In this document: positions 51,777 through 61,311 of the stretch, piece by piece
Position numbering within the stretch: position 1 is the stretch's first letter
Layout: every line of letters begins with the position of its first letter
Source: an uncultured Chloroflexia bacterium
Lineage (GTDB): Bacteria > Chloroflexota > Dehalococcoidia > UBA2979
Reading direction: 5' to 3'
Assembly (NCBI GenBank): GCA_963728205.1
Contig: CAVSIV010000004.1
Span: 32,001-96,000 of the forward strand
DNA: 64,000 nucleotides
The notes under the pieces: generated by a model
What the model saw: the letters and a program-made list of their open reading frames with translations, nothing else
The model's database searches: none
Told to the model about the DNA's origin: nothing
Made by a program: the position numbers and the translations under genes

Positions 51777-54368
51777 TCAAGAGGCAGCCCGAAGGCCACC
51801 CGAACGTTCGCGAACATATCCTTCGATCACGTCGGCCGGCTGTGGTCGCGAGAAGTAGAAGCCCTGTGCGGTCGCGCACCCGATATCCGACAGGATCTGG
51901 ACCTGCTCGGGGCGCTCGATGCCCTCCGCCACGACCTTGAGCTCCAGCGCGCGCGCCACGTTCACGACCGCGCGGACGATGTTCGCCTCGCGCTCGTCGT
52001 GATCCACGTCGGTGACGAAAGAGCGGTCGACCTTGAGCACGTCGGCCGGCAGGCGGCGTAGGTAGTTCAGCGACGAGTAGCCGGTCCCGAAGTCGTCGAT
52101 TGCGATCTCGACCCCGAGTCCCTTCAGCTCGAAGAAGACCTTCCGCGCGAGCGTGACATCGCGCATCAGCACGCTTTCGGTGATCTCGATGCGGAGCAGC
52201 TCCGGACGCAGATTCGCGTCGCGCAGCGTCTTGGCGACACGCCACGTCAGGTCCGGCTCCATGAACTCCTTCGCAGAGAGATTCACGGCCATCGTGAAGT
52301 GACCGAGGGCGGGGATCTTCTTCTGCCACTCGCGCGCCTGGCGACAGGCCTCAGCGAGGACCCACTGGCCGATGGGCACGATCTCGCCCGTCTCCTCGGC
52401 GAGCGGGATGAAGTCGTTCGGGGGGACCAGGCCACGCGTCGGGTGCTCCCAGCGCACGAGCGCCTCGAACCCCACCACCTGGAGCGTCTCGAGATCCAGC
52501 TCGGGCTGGTAGAACACCCGCAGCTGCCCCTCCTTGACCGCCTGCCGCAGGTCGGCCTCCAGCTCGAAGCGCTTCATCGACGAGGCGTCGATCGCATCGT
52601 CGAAGACCACGTGCCGCGCGCGGCCCTCTTCCTTCGCGCGGAACACGGCGACGTCCGCGCGACGCACGAGGTCCCGCGAGTCATTCTCGCCAGGCGTGCT
52701 CAGTGCGACGCCAATGCTCGCGGTCACCACGGCGCTGTGCACCCCAAACTCCAGCGGCTGCGAGAACGCCTGGAGCAGCTTGCGCGCCATCAGGTCGACG
52801 TCGAGGGGCGAGTGGAGGTCTTCCAGAAGGATCACGAACTCGTCGCCGCCGAGACGCGCGACGGTGTCATCGGGACGCAGCACCTCGGTGATTCGCCGGG
52901 CGGCCGTCACAAGCAGATCGTCGCCAGCTGCATGGCCAAGGCTGTCGTTCACCACCTTGAAGCGGTCGAGGTCGATGAAGAGTACCGCCACCTGCGCGCC
53001 GCGCCGCGCTGCGCCCGAGAGCGCATGCGCGAGGCGGTCGAGGAACAGCGCGCGGTTCGGGAGCTGGGTCAGCGGGTCGTGGAATGCCTGGTGCCGGAGC
53101 TGGTCCTCGAGCGCCTTTCGGTCGGTCACGTCGTGCGCGTTCACGACGATGCCATGGACGGCGTCGTCCTCGAGCAGGTTCTGCACGATTGCCGTGTAGT
53201 CGCGCATGGTGCCGTCGCGCAGCGTGAGGCGAAGGTCCATCGTGGCCTGCAAGTCCGGATTCGCGAGGACCTCGGCGAGGACGCTTGTCACCTGCGGCAG
53301 CTCCTCTGGCCGCGCGAGCGCGAGGAAGTCGCGCTCGGCCTCACCCTCGAATGTGCGGCGCTCGCCGTTGGGACCAGGACTCAGGTACTGGATCGAAGCG
53401 TCCGCATCGAGGACGGCGATGAAGCCGGGAGCGTTCTGGACGAGCGAGCGGAACCGCTGCTCGCTGCGACCGAGCGCACGGTTGGCCTCCTGGAGACGCT
53501 CGACACCAGCCCGCGCGCGGCTCGTGTACTGACGCGACGCCAGCGCCAGCATGGCGACGGGCATCGCGAAGATCGCCACGCCAACGAATCCAAGCTCGAC
53601 GAAAGAGATGGCGCTCGCATAGGCCGCGAGACCGAACGCCCCATAATGCGGCGCGAGCCAGCGGAACTTCTCGTCCCACACCGGGTATGGTCCGCGCCCC
53701 GTGCTAATCGACACCGCCAGCGCGACGAGCCAGGAGTTGACCAGGAAGGCCGTCTCCGCGGAGAGAAGCACGACGGGCAGATCGCGCAGGATCCGGCTCG
53801 CGGACGGACCACCGGTGATCGCGTAGAACATCGCGAGCCCGACCATCGCCGAGAGCGGCACCAGGCAGGCGTTGAACACGTACTTGTACCAGGTGCGCCG
53901 CTCGTGAGCCGACGCAACCAGGATCGAGAGCACGGAGACCAGACCGGCCACGCCCGGGCCGACCACGACCCCCATCGCGAAGACGGGGACGAACGCGAGC
54001 GTGAGCCGGCTGCCGCCGAAGAGGTCCGTCTCCCAGTTCTCTAGACCGGCGATCAGCACGGCCAGAAACAGGATGGACGTCCAGCTCGGGCGGGTGACCG
54101 TCGCGACCGCCAGCGGCCCGAGCAGCGTCGCCCAGATCAGCAGCGCCGTGGCGCCGAAGACGCCCACCAGGTAGACGCCGAGCACGGCCCCCGCGCGCGG
54201 GCGCACGCGTGACGCCGGAGCGTCGGACGTCGCGCGCCGGCCGGCGATTCCGGTCCCGGCGCGAAACGCATAGCGGAGTCGTCGACCAGTCGTTGCCACG
54301 GCGTCGGCCTCTCGGCCCCACCCCTCTCGGTTCCTTCTCCCGATCACTATCGACTCGCCATACGTCAT
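51777..54368 (-). CDS. Membrane sensor (MASE-like)-PAS-GGDEF-EAL diguanylate cyclase/phosphodiesterase
   Basis: About 7-8 TM helices, RFRSLVQN PAS, HDPLTQLPNR, RLGGDEF, EALVRW, DDFGTGYSS; true start may be GTG 54206. Confidence 0.93.
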   Translation of the reverse strand: MTYGESIVIGRRNREGWGREADAVATTGRRLRYAFRAGTGIAGRRATSDAPASRVRPRAGAVLGVYLVGVFGATALLIWATLLGPLAVATVTRPSWTSILFLAVLIAGLENWETDLFGGSRLTLAFVPVFAMGVVVGPGVAGLVSVLSILVASAHERRTWYKYVFNACLVPLSAMVGLAMFYAITGGPSASRILRDLPVVLLSAETAFLVNSWLVALAVSISTGRGPYPVWDEKFRWLAPHYGAFGLAAYASAISFVELGFVGVAIFAMPVAMLALASRQYTSRARAGVERLQEANRALGRSEQRFRSLVQNAPGFIAVLDADASIQYLSPGPNGERRTFEGEAERDFLALARPEELPQVTSVLAEVLANPDLQATMDLRLTLRDGTMRDYTAIVQNLLEDDAVHGIVVNAHDVTDRKALEDQLRHQAFHDPLTQLPNRALFLDRLAHALSGAARRGAQVAVLFIDLDRFKVVNDSLGHAAGDDLLVTAARRITEVLRPDDTVARLGGDEFVILLEDLHSPLDVDLMARKLLQAFSQPLEFGVHSAVVTASIGVALSTPGENDSRDLVRRADVAVFRAKEEGRARHVVFDDAIDASSMKRFELEADLRQAVKEGQLRVFYQPELDLETLQVVGFEALVRWEHPTRGLVPPNDFIPLAEETGEIVPIGQWVLAEACRQAREWQKKIPALGHFTMAVNLSAKEFMEPDLTWRVAKTLRDANLRPELLRIEITESVLMRDVTLARKVFFELKGLGVEIAIDDFGTGYSSLNYLRRLPADVLKVDRSFVTDVDHDEREANIVRAVVNVARALELKVVAEGIERPEQVQILSDIGCATAQGFYFSRPQPADVIEGYVRERSGGLRAAS

Positions 54369-54541
54369 CCGTAGAAGCGGTTGCCCCGGGAAGGACGCGG
54401 CGGTCCCACCCGAACCGAGAACGGCCCGAATCAGCGGCTGTCATAAGTCAGTCTGCTGCCGTACACAGCGGCGTCGTGCGGTCCCACCGGGGGATGCGTA
54501 CGTGATGCGCGGACGGTGCCCGGAGGTGCCGGCTCGGACTG

Positions 54542-55525
54542 CTACGGCATCGCCAGCACGAGCTTGCCGAAGTTCTCGTTCGCCTCCATCGCGCGGTGCG
54601 CGTCGGCGACCTCGGCCAGTGGAAACACGCGGTCCACGATCGGGCGCACGGCCCCGGAAGCGAACAGCGGTACCACCCGCGCGACGAACTCCTGCGTGAG
54701 CTGCGCCTTCTGCTCCAGCGGCCGCGCACGCAGCAGCGTGCCGTGCACCTGCAGCCGCTTACCCATCAGCGCGCCGAGGTTCACCTCGAGCTTCGCGCCG
54801 CCCATCGTGCCGACGATGATCATTCGCCCCTGCTGACCGAGCGCCGCCAGGTTCTGCTCCCAGTACGGTGCGCCGATCACGTCGAGCACCACCTGCACGC
54901 CGGCGCCGGCGGTCTCGCGCGCGACGACCTCCGCGAAGTCCTGCTCGCGGTAGTTGATGCCGACATCGAGGCCCAGCGCCCTGGCGGCGTCGAGCTTCGA
55001 GGCCGAGCCGGCGGTGCCGAACGTCCGGCAGCTCGCCGCGTGCGCCAGCTGGATCGCGGCCGTGCCCACGCCCGACCCGGCGGCGTGCACCAGCACGGAC
55101 TCGCCCGTCGCGAGCCCGCACTGCCGGAAGAGCGCGTCGTACGCGGTAAGGAAGACCTCCGGAATCGCCGCCGCCTCGTCGAAGTCGATGTTCGCCGGCA
55201 CCGGCATCAGCATTCGCTCGTGCACCACGACCTTCGACGCGTAGCCGCCCCCGGCGAGCAGCGCCATCACGCGGTCCCCCGGCTCCCAGCCGGTCACGCG
55301 CTCGCCCACCGCCTCAACGACACCGGCCATCTCCAGCCCCGGGATGTCGTCGCGCGTGCCCTTCGGGCCGGGGTACCGCCCGCGCCGTTGCAGGAGGTCG
55401 GCGCGGTTGAGCGCGGTCGCCCGCACCGCCACCCGCACCTCCTCCGCGCCGAACGCGGGGTCGTCGACCTCCTGGATGGCGAAGACGTCGGGGTCTCCGG
55501 GCGTCGTGATCACGGCTGCGCGCAT
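54542..55525 (-). CDS. NAD(P)H-quinone oxidoreductase, PIG3 family
   Basis: NRADLLQRRGRYP, PGLE, PEVFLTA, HAAGSGVG, GKLVL. Confidence 0.92.
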   Translation of the reverse strand: MRAAVITTPGDPDVFAIQEVDDPAFGAEEVRVAVRATALNRADLLQRRGRYPGPKGTRDDIPGLEMAGVVEAVGERVTGWEPGDRVMALLAGGGYASKVVVHERMLMPVPANIDFDEAAAIPEVFLTAYDALFRQCGLATGESVLVHAAGSGVGTAAIQLAHAASCRTFGTAGSASKLDAARALGLDVGINYREQDFAEVVARETAGAGVQVVLDVIGAPYWEQNLAALGQQGRMIIVGTMGGAKLEVNLGALMGKRLQVHGTLLRARPLEQKAQLTQEFVARVVPLFASGAVRPIVDRVFPLAEVADAHRAMEANENFGKLVLAMP

Positions 55526-55630
55526 GGGGCCTCCTCCGGCCGGATGGTACCCCGCCTCGCCGCTGCGCCGAACGCCGGTGCGGTCGATGGGGCTCCTATA
55601 CTCGACGCGGTCGTCCCCTGGAGGTGCCCG

Positions 55631-57028
55631 ATGCCCGACGCCGCCCCCGGCCCCACCCGCGCGCTCGCCAACTTCGTCGCCTCCGCCGGCGTCCCCGCCG
55701 CCGTCCGCGACGTCACGCGGCGCTACCTGCTCGACTGGCTCGGCTCCGCCGTCGCCGGCGGCGAGTTGCGCCCGCCCGCCATCGCGCGCGCCGTCGTCGC
55801 CGACCTCGGCGGCCACCCGCAGGCGACCGTGCTCGCCACCGGCGAGCGCACCTCCGCGCCCCTCGCCGCCTTTGCCAACGCCGCCGCCGCTCACGTGCTC
55901 GAGATGGACGACCTCGACCGCGAGTCGATCTCGCACCCCGCCGCGCCCATCGTCGCGGCCGCGCTCGCGGTCGGCGAGCGTGAGGGCGCCGACGGCGCGG
56001 CGCTGCTCGACGCCATCGCCGTCGGCTACGAGGTGAGCATCCGCGTCGGCGAGGCGCTCGGCCCGCGCCACTACGAGCACTGGCACACCACCGGCACCGC
56101 CGGCACCCTCGGCGCGGCCGCCGCCGCCGCGCGGCTCGCCGGCCTCGACGCGGCGACCACCCTCCAGGCGCTCGGCAGCGCCGGCACGATGACCGCCGGC
56201 CTGTGGGAGTTCCTCGCCGACGGTGCGATGTCGAAGCAGCTCCACCCGGCGAAGGCCGCGCACGACGGCATCCTCGCGGCGCTCCTCGCCGCCCGCGGGT
56301 TCTCCGCCGCCACGCACATCCTCGAGGGCCCGAAGGGCGTGCTCGCCGCGATGAGCACCGACGCCCGCCCCGAGCGGCTCACGCACGGCCTGGCGGTCGA
56401 CATGAGCGACTGGCGCATCGCAAAGGTGTCGTTCAAGGTCCACGCCTCGTGCCGGCACACCCATTCCGCGGTCGACGCGGCGCTGGCCCTGCGCCGGCAG
56501 CACGCCCTGGCGCCGGACGCGATCGCCCGCGTCGACGTGCGCGTCTACTCGCAGGCGCTCGGGCTGCTCGACGGCATGGAGCCGACCACGCCGTACGCCG
56601 CGAAATTCTCGCTGCCGTTCTGCGTCGCCGCCGCGCTCGTCCATGGCGACCTCGCTCCCCAGCGCTTCACAGACGACTCCATCACCGAAGCCGGGACGCT
56701 CGCCCTCACCGAGCGGGTCCACTTCACGACCGACCCCGCGCTCGACGCGCTCTACCCGACCGCGTGGCCGAGCATCGTCACCGTCACCCTCGCGGACGGC
56801 ACGCAGCTCGAGGCGCGCGTCGACCACCCCGCGGGCGATCCCGAGAGCGGCATCACCGAGGCAGACATCGCCGCGAAGTTCCGCACGCTGACCGACGCGC
56901 TGCTCGGCGACGCGGCGCAGCGCCTCGCGCACGACGTGCTCGCCGCGCAGCCGCCGCCGGCCCCCGGGGCGATCGTCGCCGCCGTGACGGCGGCCACCAC
57001 CGGCCATCGGCTCGTCTCCGCAGGCTGA
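55631..57028 (+). CDS. MmgE/PrpD family protein
   Basis: HVLEMDD..H.AAP, WHTTGT, K.LH, FKVHASCRHTH, AKFS. Confidence 0.92.
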   Translation: MPDAAPGPTRALANFVASAGVPAAVRDVTRRYLLDWLGSAVAGGELRPPAIARAVVADLGGHPQATVLATGERTSAPLAAFANAAAAHVLEMDDLDRESISHPAAPIVAAALAVGEREGADGAALLDAIAVGYEVSIRVGEALGPRHYEHWHTTGTAGTLGAAAAAARLAGLDAATTLQALGSAGTMTAGLWEFLADGAMSKQLHPAKAAHDGILAALLAARGFSAATHILEGPKGVLAAMSTDARPERLTHGLAVDMSDWRIAKVSFKVHASCRHTHSAVDAALALRRQHALAPDAIARVDVRVYSQALGLLDGMEPTTPYAAKFSLPFCVAAALVHGDLAPQRFTDDSITEAGTLALTERVHFTTDPALDALYPTAWPSIVTVTLADGTQLEARVDHPAGDPESGITEADIAAKFRTLTDALLGDAAQRLAHDVLAAQPPPAPGAIVAAVTAATTGHRLVSAG

Positions 57029-57124
57029 TCCGCGCGTCCGACCCCCGTTCCCCGTGCGTTCGTGCCGTGACGCGGCAAGGGTGCGTGCTACGATCCGCGT
57101 CGATTCACGGAGCGAAGAGGGGGA

Positions 57125-59629
57125 GTGGTGCCCGGACTGAGAGACTCGCACCGACTGACCGTCGACCAGGTCACCGCACCGCTCGATCCCGCGTCCCTCT
57201 CCTTCCAGCGCACCGATGAGCTGCCGCCGATTGAGGCCGTCTTCGGCCAGGAGCGGGCCGTGCGCGCAATCGAGTTCGCGCTCGGCATGGAGGCGCCGGG
57301 CTACAACCTCTTCGCCTCCGGACCGGATGGCATCGGCAAGTCGACCATCGTCGAGTCGTTCCTGCGCCGCCGCGCCGCGCAGATGCCGGCGCCGCAGGAC
57401 TGGATCTACGTCCGCAACTTCCACGACACCGACCGGCCAATCGGCATCGCGATGCCGCCGGGACGCGGACGCGCGTTCGCGGAGGCGGTCGCCAACGCCG
57501 TGCAGGCCGCCGGCCGCGAGATCCGCGCCGCCTTCGACTCCGACGACTACGCCCGCCAGCAGCAGGCACTCGGCTCCGAGCTCGAGGAGGAGCGCTCGCG
57601 GCAGCTGCAGCACCTCCAGGACCAGGCGCGCGAGCTCGGCTTCTTCCTTCAGCTCACGCCGCAGGGCATCAACTCGGCGCCGCTGATCGACGGCCAGCCA
57701 GCCACGCAGGAGCAGTTCGATGCGCTCCCCGAGGAAGAGCGCAACCGCGTGCAGGAGCAGGCCAAGCAGCTCGAGTCGCTCGTGCAGGACACGATGCTCA
57801 AGCTCCGCGCCACCGAGCGCGGCGCCCGCGAGCGCTCGACGCAGCAGGACGAGGACGTCGCGGCGGCGGCGATCCACGACATCTTCGAGGCGCTGCTCGC
57901 CGAGTACGGCGACAATCCGGAGATCCGCGCCTTCGTCGAGGCCGTGCGCGACGACATCCGCAAGGAGCGCGACCGCTTCCGCCAGGAAGGGCAGCCGACG
58001 GGGCTCCCGGCGATGCTCGGCGGCCAGCAGGGCCCGCCGGTGCGGCGCTACGAGGTCAACGTCGCGATCAGCAACGACCCGTCGGACGGCGCGCCGGTGA
58101 TCCGCGAGCGCCACCCGACGTTCAACAACCTCCTCGGCCATGTCGAGTACCAGGGCCAGTTCGGCGCGGTGACGACCGACCACACGATGATCAAGGCCGG
58201 CTCGCTGGCGCGGGCGAATGGCGGCTTCATCGTGCTGCGACTGCGCGACCTCCTGCAGCAGCCCGTGGCGCTGGACGCGCTGAAGCGCGCACTGGACGCC
58301 GGGGAGATCGCGATCGAGAACGTCGCCGAGGCCTATGGCCTCGCGCCGACGGTCGGGCTGCGGCCGGCGCCGATCCCGCTGCACGTGAAGGTCGTGATCG
58401 TCGGAGACGCGCAGCTGTACTCGCTCCTCTACCGCTACGACCCCGACTTCCGCGAGCTGTTCCGCGTCAAGGCCGACTTCGAGGTCGACGTGCCGCGCAC
58501 GCCCGAGAACATCCGCGGGCTCGCCGGCTTCATCGCGAGTCACTGCGAGCGTCACCACCTGCGATGCTTCAGCGCCGCAGCCGTCGCGCGGCTCGTCGAG
58601 CACTCGTCCCGCACGGTCGAGGACCGCGAGCGGCTGTCGGCGAACCTCGGCGGGTTCCTCGACACGATTCGCCAGGCCGACTACTGGGCGTCCGTGGACG
58701 GCCAGGAGACGGTCGAGGTGCGTCACGTCGAGCGGGCGCTCGAAGAGCGCATCTACCGGTCGGCGCTGGTGCGCGACCGCATCCAGGAGGCGATCGAGAA
58801 GGACGAGATCCACGTCGAGGTCGAGGGCGAGCGCGTCGGCCAAATCAACGCGCTGGCGGTGTACGACCTGGGCGACTTCGAGTTCGGCCGGCCCTCGCGG
58901 ATCACGGGCGTGACGTCGGCCGGGCACGGCACCATCGTCATGGTCGACCGCGAGAGCGACCTGTCCGGTCGCATCCATACCAAGGGCTTCTTCATCCTGC
59001 GCGGGTTCCTCACGGAGCGCTTCGGCCAGGTCCGCGGCGGCCAGCTGCACGCCAGCCTCACCTTCGAGCAGCTCTACGGCGACATCGACGGCGACTCCGC
59101 TTCCTCGACCGAGCTCTACGTCCTGCTGTCCGCGCTGGCCGACGTCCCGATCGACCAGGGCGTCGCCGTCACGGGCTCGGTCGACCAGCTCGGCCGGGTG
59201 CAGCCGATCGGCGGCGCGATCGCGAAGATCGAGGGCTTCTATGAGGTCTGCCGCCAGCACGGCCTGAACGGCAAGCAGGGCGTGATGATCCCGGCCACGA
59301 ACGTGCGGCACGTGATCCTGCGACCGGAGATCGCGCAGGCCGTCGCGTCCGGGCAGTTCCACGTGTGGGCGGTGTCGACCATCGAAGAGGGCATCGAGAT
59401 CCTGACCGGCATGCCCGCCGGTGTGCGGGGCGACGACGGTGCGTACCCCGAGGGGACGGTCTACCGGCGCGTCGAGGACCGCCTCGCCGCGTTCGCGCTG
59501 GAGATCCGCGAGCAGGCGGCGCCGCCGGGCGCGGCGCCGGGCATGCGCGTCGTGATGCCGCAACAGCAGCAGCCGAACCCGCCGGGCATCCCGCCGCAGC
59601 CCCCGCCCGAGCCGCCGGTCCACGTGTGA
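57125..59629 (+). CDS. Lon protease family protein (LonC-like AAA plus S16 domain)
   Basis: GQERA, Walker A GPDGIGKS, GQINAL, FEQ.Y..DGDSAS, GG..AKIEGF (Ser-Lys dyad). Confidence 0.9.
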   Translation: MVPGLRDSHRLTVDQVTAPLDPASLSFQRTDELPPIEAVFGQERAVRAIEFALGMEAPGYNLFASGPDGIGKSTIVESFLRRRAAQMPAPQDWIYVRNFHDTDRPIGIAMPPGRGRAFAEAVANAVQAAGREIRAAFDSDDYARQQQALGSELEEERSRQLQHLQDQARELGFFLQLTPQGINSAPLIDGQPATQEQFDALPEEERNRVQEQAKQLESLVQDTMLKLRATERGARERSTQQDEDVAAAAIHDIFEALLAEYGDNPEIRAFVEAVRDDIRKERDRFRQEGQPTGLPAMLGGQQGPPVRRYEVNVAISNDPSDGAPVIRERHPTFNNLLGHVEYQGQFGAVTTDHTMIKAGSLARANGGFIVLRLRDLLQQPVALDALKRALDAGEIAIENVAEAYGLAPTVGLRPAPIPLHVKVVIVGDAQLYSLLYRYDPDFRELFRVKADFEVDVPRTPENIRGLAGFIASHCERHHLRCFSAAAVARLVEHSSRTVEDRERLSANLGGFLDTIRQADYWASVDGQETVEVRHVERALEERIYRSALVRDRIQEAIEKDEIHVEVEGERVGQINALAVYDLGDFEFGRPSRITGVTSAGHGTIVMVDRESDLSGRIHTKGFFILRGFLTERFGQVRGGQLHASLTFEQLYGDIDGDSASSTELYVLLSALADVPIDQGVAVTGSVDQLGRVQPIGGAIAKIEGFYEVCRQHGLNGKQGVMIPATNVRHVILRPEIAQAVASGQFHVWAVSTIEEGIEILTGMPAGVRGDDGAYPEGTVYRRVEDRLAAFALEIREQAAPPGAAPGMRVVMPQQQQPNPPGIPPQPPPEPPVHV

Positions 59630-59641
59630 GACGGGCCCCCG

Positions 59642-60202
59642 GTGCCCGCTGAGGCCGCGGACGAGCGCCCATTGCTCACGCTCGACTTCGACGGGGTGAT
59701 CTCCAGCCCGCCGTTCGGGCGCAACCTCGGCATCCATCGCGCGTTCCTCGACGCCGCCGCGCCGCCGCTCCCGGCGAGCCGGTGGCCGCGCTGGCTGGGC
59801 GACCCGCTCGACCGCCTGCGGTTCGACTTCCGCCGACCGCTCCCCGAGGCGCCGCAGGCGCTGCGCGCGCTGGCGACGGTGCGCCGCCTCGTCGTGCTCA
59901 CCGGCCGGCGCTCGTCGCCCGCGGCGTGGATCGCGCGCCACCGGCTCCCGGACGTCTTCGAACGCATCGTCATCAACGACGGCTCGCTGCGCAGCCCGCA
60001 CTTCAAGCTGCACGCGATCGAGCTGCTGGGGGCCGATGAGCACATCGACGACGACCCGCGCACCGCGCAGCTCCTCGCGGAGCGCACCGACATTGCCGTC
60101 TACCTCCGCGACTGGCCGCGCAACCGCGACCTGCCCTACGACCCGCGTGTGACGCGGGTCGCCGACCTCGCGGACCTCGCGCGGCGGCTCACGCAGGACT
60201 GA
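59642..60202 (+). CDS. HAD superfamily-like protein
   Basis: DFDGV, LTGR, K, HIDD motifs I-IV. Confidence 0.7.
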   Translation: MPAEAADERPLLTLDFDGVISSPPFGRNLGIHRAFLDAAAPPLPASRWPRWLGDPLDRLRFDFRRPLPEAPQALRALATVRRLVVLTGRRSSPAAWIARHRLPDVFERIVINDGSLRSPHFKLHAIELLGADEHIDDDPRTAQLLAERTDIAVYLRDWPRNRDLPYDPRVTRVADLADLARRLTQD

Positions 60203-60293
60203 TCGGCAGCCTGCCGCTTGGCCGCTCGCCGCACGCGGTCGCGATGCGCACCACCTGTTCCCACCGCCGCCCGCCGTGTGCGATCCTCCGCGC

Positions 60294-60956
60294 ATGACCG
60301 ACACGCCCCGACCGTCGGACCCCGACGCCAACGCCGCGCCGGCCCTCCCGTCGCACCTCTTCCGCCGCCAGGACGAGTCGCCGGACGGCGCGTTCTACCG
60401 GGAGCCGCGCTTCGTCACGCACATCGACGACGCCACCATGGACGCGCTCACGCAGCTCTACCGCGAGGTGCTCACGCCCGGCGCCGACGTCCTCGACCTG
60501 ATGTCGTCCTGGGTCTCGCACCTGCCGGAGGACGTCCGCTACGGGCGCGTGGCCGGCCTCGGGCTGAACGAGCGGGAGCTCGCGGGCAACCCGCGGCTCG
60601 ACGACTACGCCGTCCACGACCTCAACCGCAACCCGGAGCTGCCGTACCCGGAGGCGTCCTTCGACTTCGTCGTGAACGCGGTCTCCGTGCAGTACCTCAC
60701 GCGGCCGATCGAGGTCTTCGCGTCGGTCGCGCGCGTGCTGCGGCCGGGCGGGACGTACCTCGTCGCGTGCTCGCACCGAATGTTCCCGACGAAGGCGGTC
60801 GCGGTGTGGCAGGCGCTGCAGCCCGACGACCGGATCCGGCTCGTCGGGTCGTACTTCTCCCTCGCCGGCGCCTTCGACGAGCCCGGCTTCGTCGACCGCT
60901 CGCCGGCGGGCGCCGATCCGCTGTGGGTGATCTACGCGCGGCGCGTCGCCGGCTGA
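60294..60956 (+). CDS. Class I SAM-dependent methyltransferase
   Basis: FY..PRFVTHID, LDLMSSWVSH, SVQYLTRP, FPTKA. Confidence 0.9.
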   Translation: MTDTPRPSDPDANAAPALPSHLFRRQDESPDGAFYREPRFVTHIDDATMDALTQLYREVLTPGADVLDLMSSWVSHLPEDVRYGRVAGLGLNERELAGNPRLDDYAVHDLNRNPELPYPEASFDFVVNAVSVQYLTRPIEVFASVARVLRPGGTYLVACSHRMFPTKAVAVWQALQPDDRIRLVGSYFSLAGAFDEPGFVDRSPAGADPLWVIYARRVAG

Positions 60957-61140
60957 CGCGATCGCGCCGAGCTCGGCGCCCGCGAGGCGCGATTGGCGCG
61001 AAATTTCTCCGACTTTTTTCGCGATCGGCCATGCGCGACCATCCACGTAAGCAGACCGGACGTTATTCTCATCGTCGTGGGAAGAGGGCCCAACAAATAT
61101 CTTCCCCACAGCTGTGTTCTTGAAGAAAGGAACACCGAAG

Positions 61141-61227
61141 TTGGCCACGAAGAAGGCTCCGGCGAAGGCTGCCCCCAAGGCTGCGCCCGCGAAGAGCGGC
61201 GCGAAGGCCCCGGCCAAGAAGAAGTAA
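61141..61227 (+). CDS. 28-aa Lys/Ala/Pro-rich histone H1-like microprotein
   Basis: MATKKAPAKAAPKAAPAKSGAKAPAKKK; AAAGGA SD, TTG start, all Lys codons AAG, terminator follows. Confidence 0.75.
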   Translation: MATKKAPAKAAPKAAPAKSGAKAPAKKK

Positions 61228-61270
61228 GTGAGTCCGCGATCGCGGACCGGACTGCAGACCGGGCCGCGAC

Positions 61271-61311
61271 AACGAAGAGGCCGCCGGGTGACCGGCGGCC
61301 TCTTCGTTTCT
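61271..61311 (+). terminator. Intrinsic terminator
   Basis: AACGAAGAGGCCGCCGG-GTGA-CCGGCGGCCTCTTCGTT followed by TTCT. Confidence 0.85.

Noticed and set aside
54370-54500. c-di-GMP-I riboswitch upstream of the GGDEF-EAL gene
   Set aside because: A GTGGGAC is present on the minus strand but the GCAAA and GNRA-loop elements are not.
55526-60331. 1929-aa ORF and other long Arg/Ala/Pro-rich ORFs (e.g. 5315-8179, 30791-33070, 47017-50490)
   Set aside because: Antisense or off-frame shadows of real genes, expected at this GC content.
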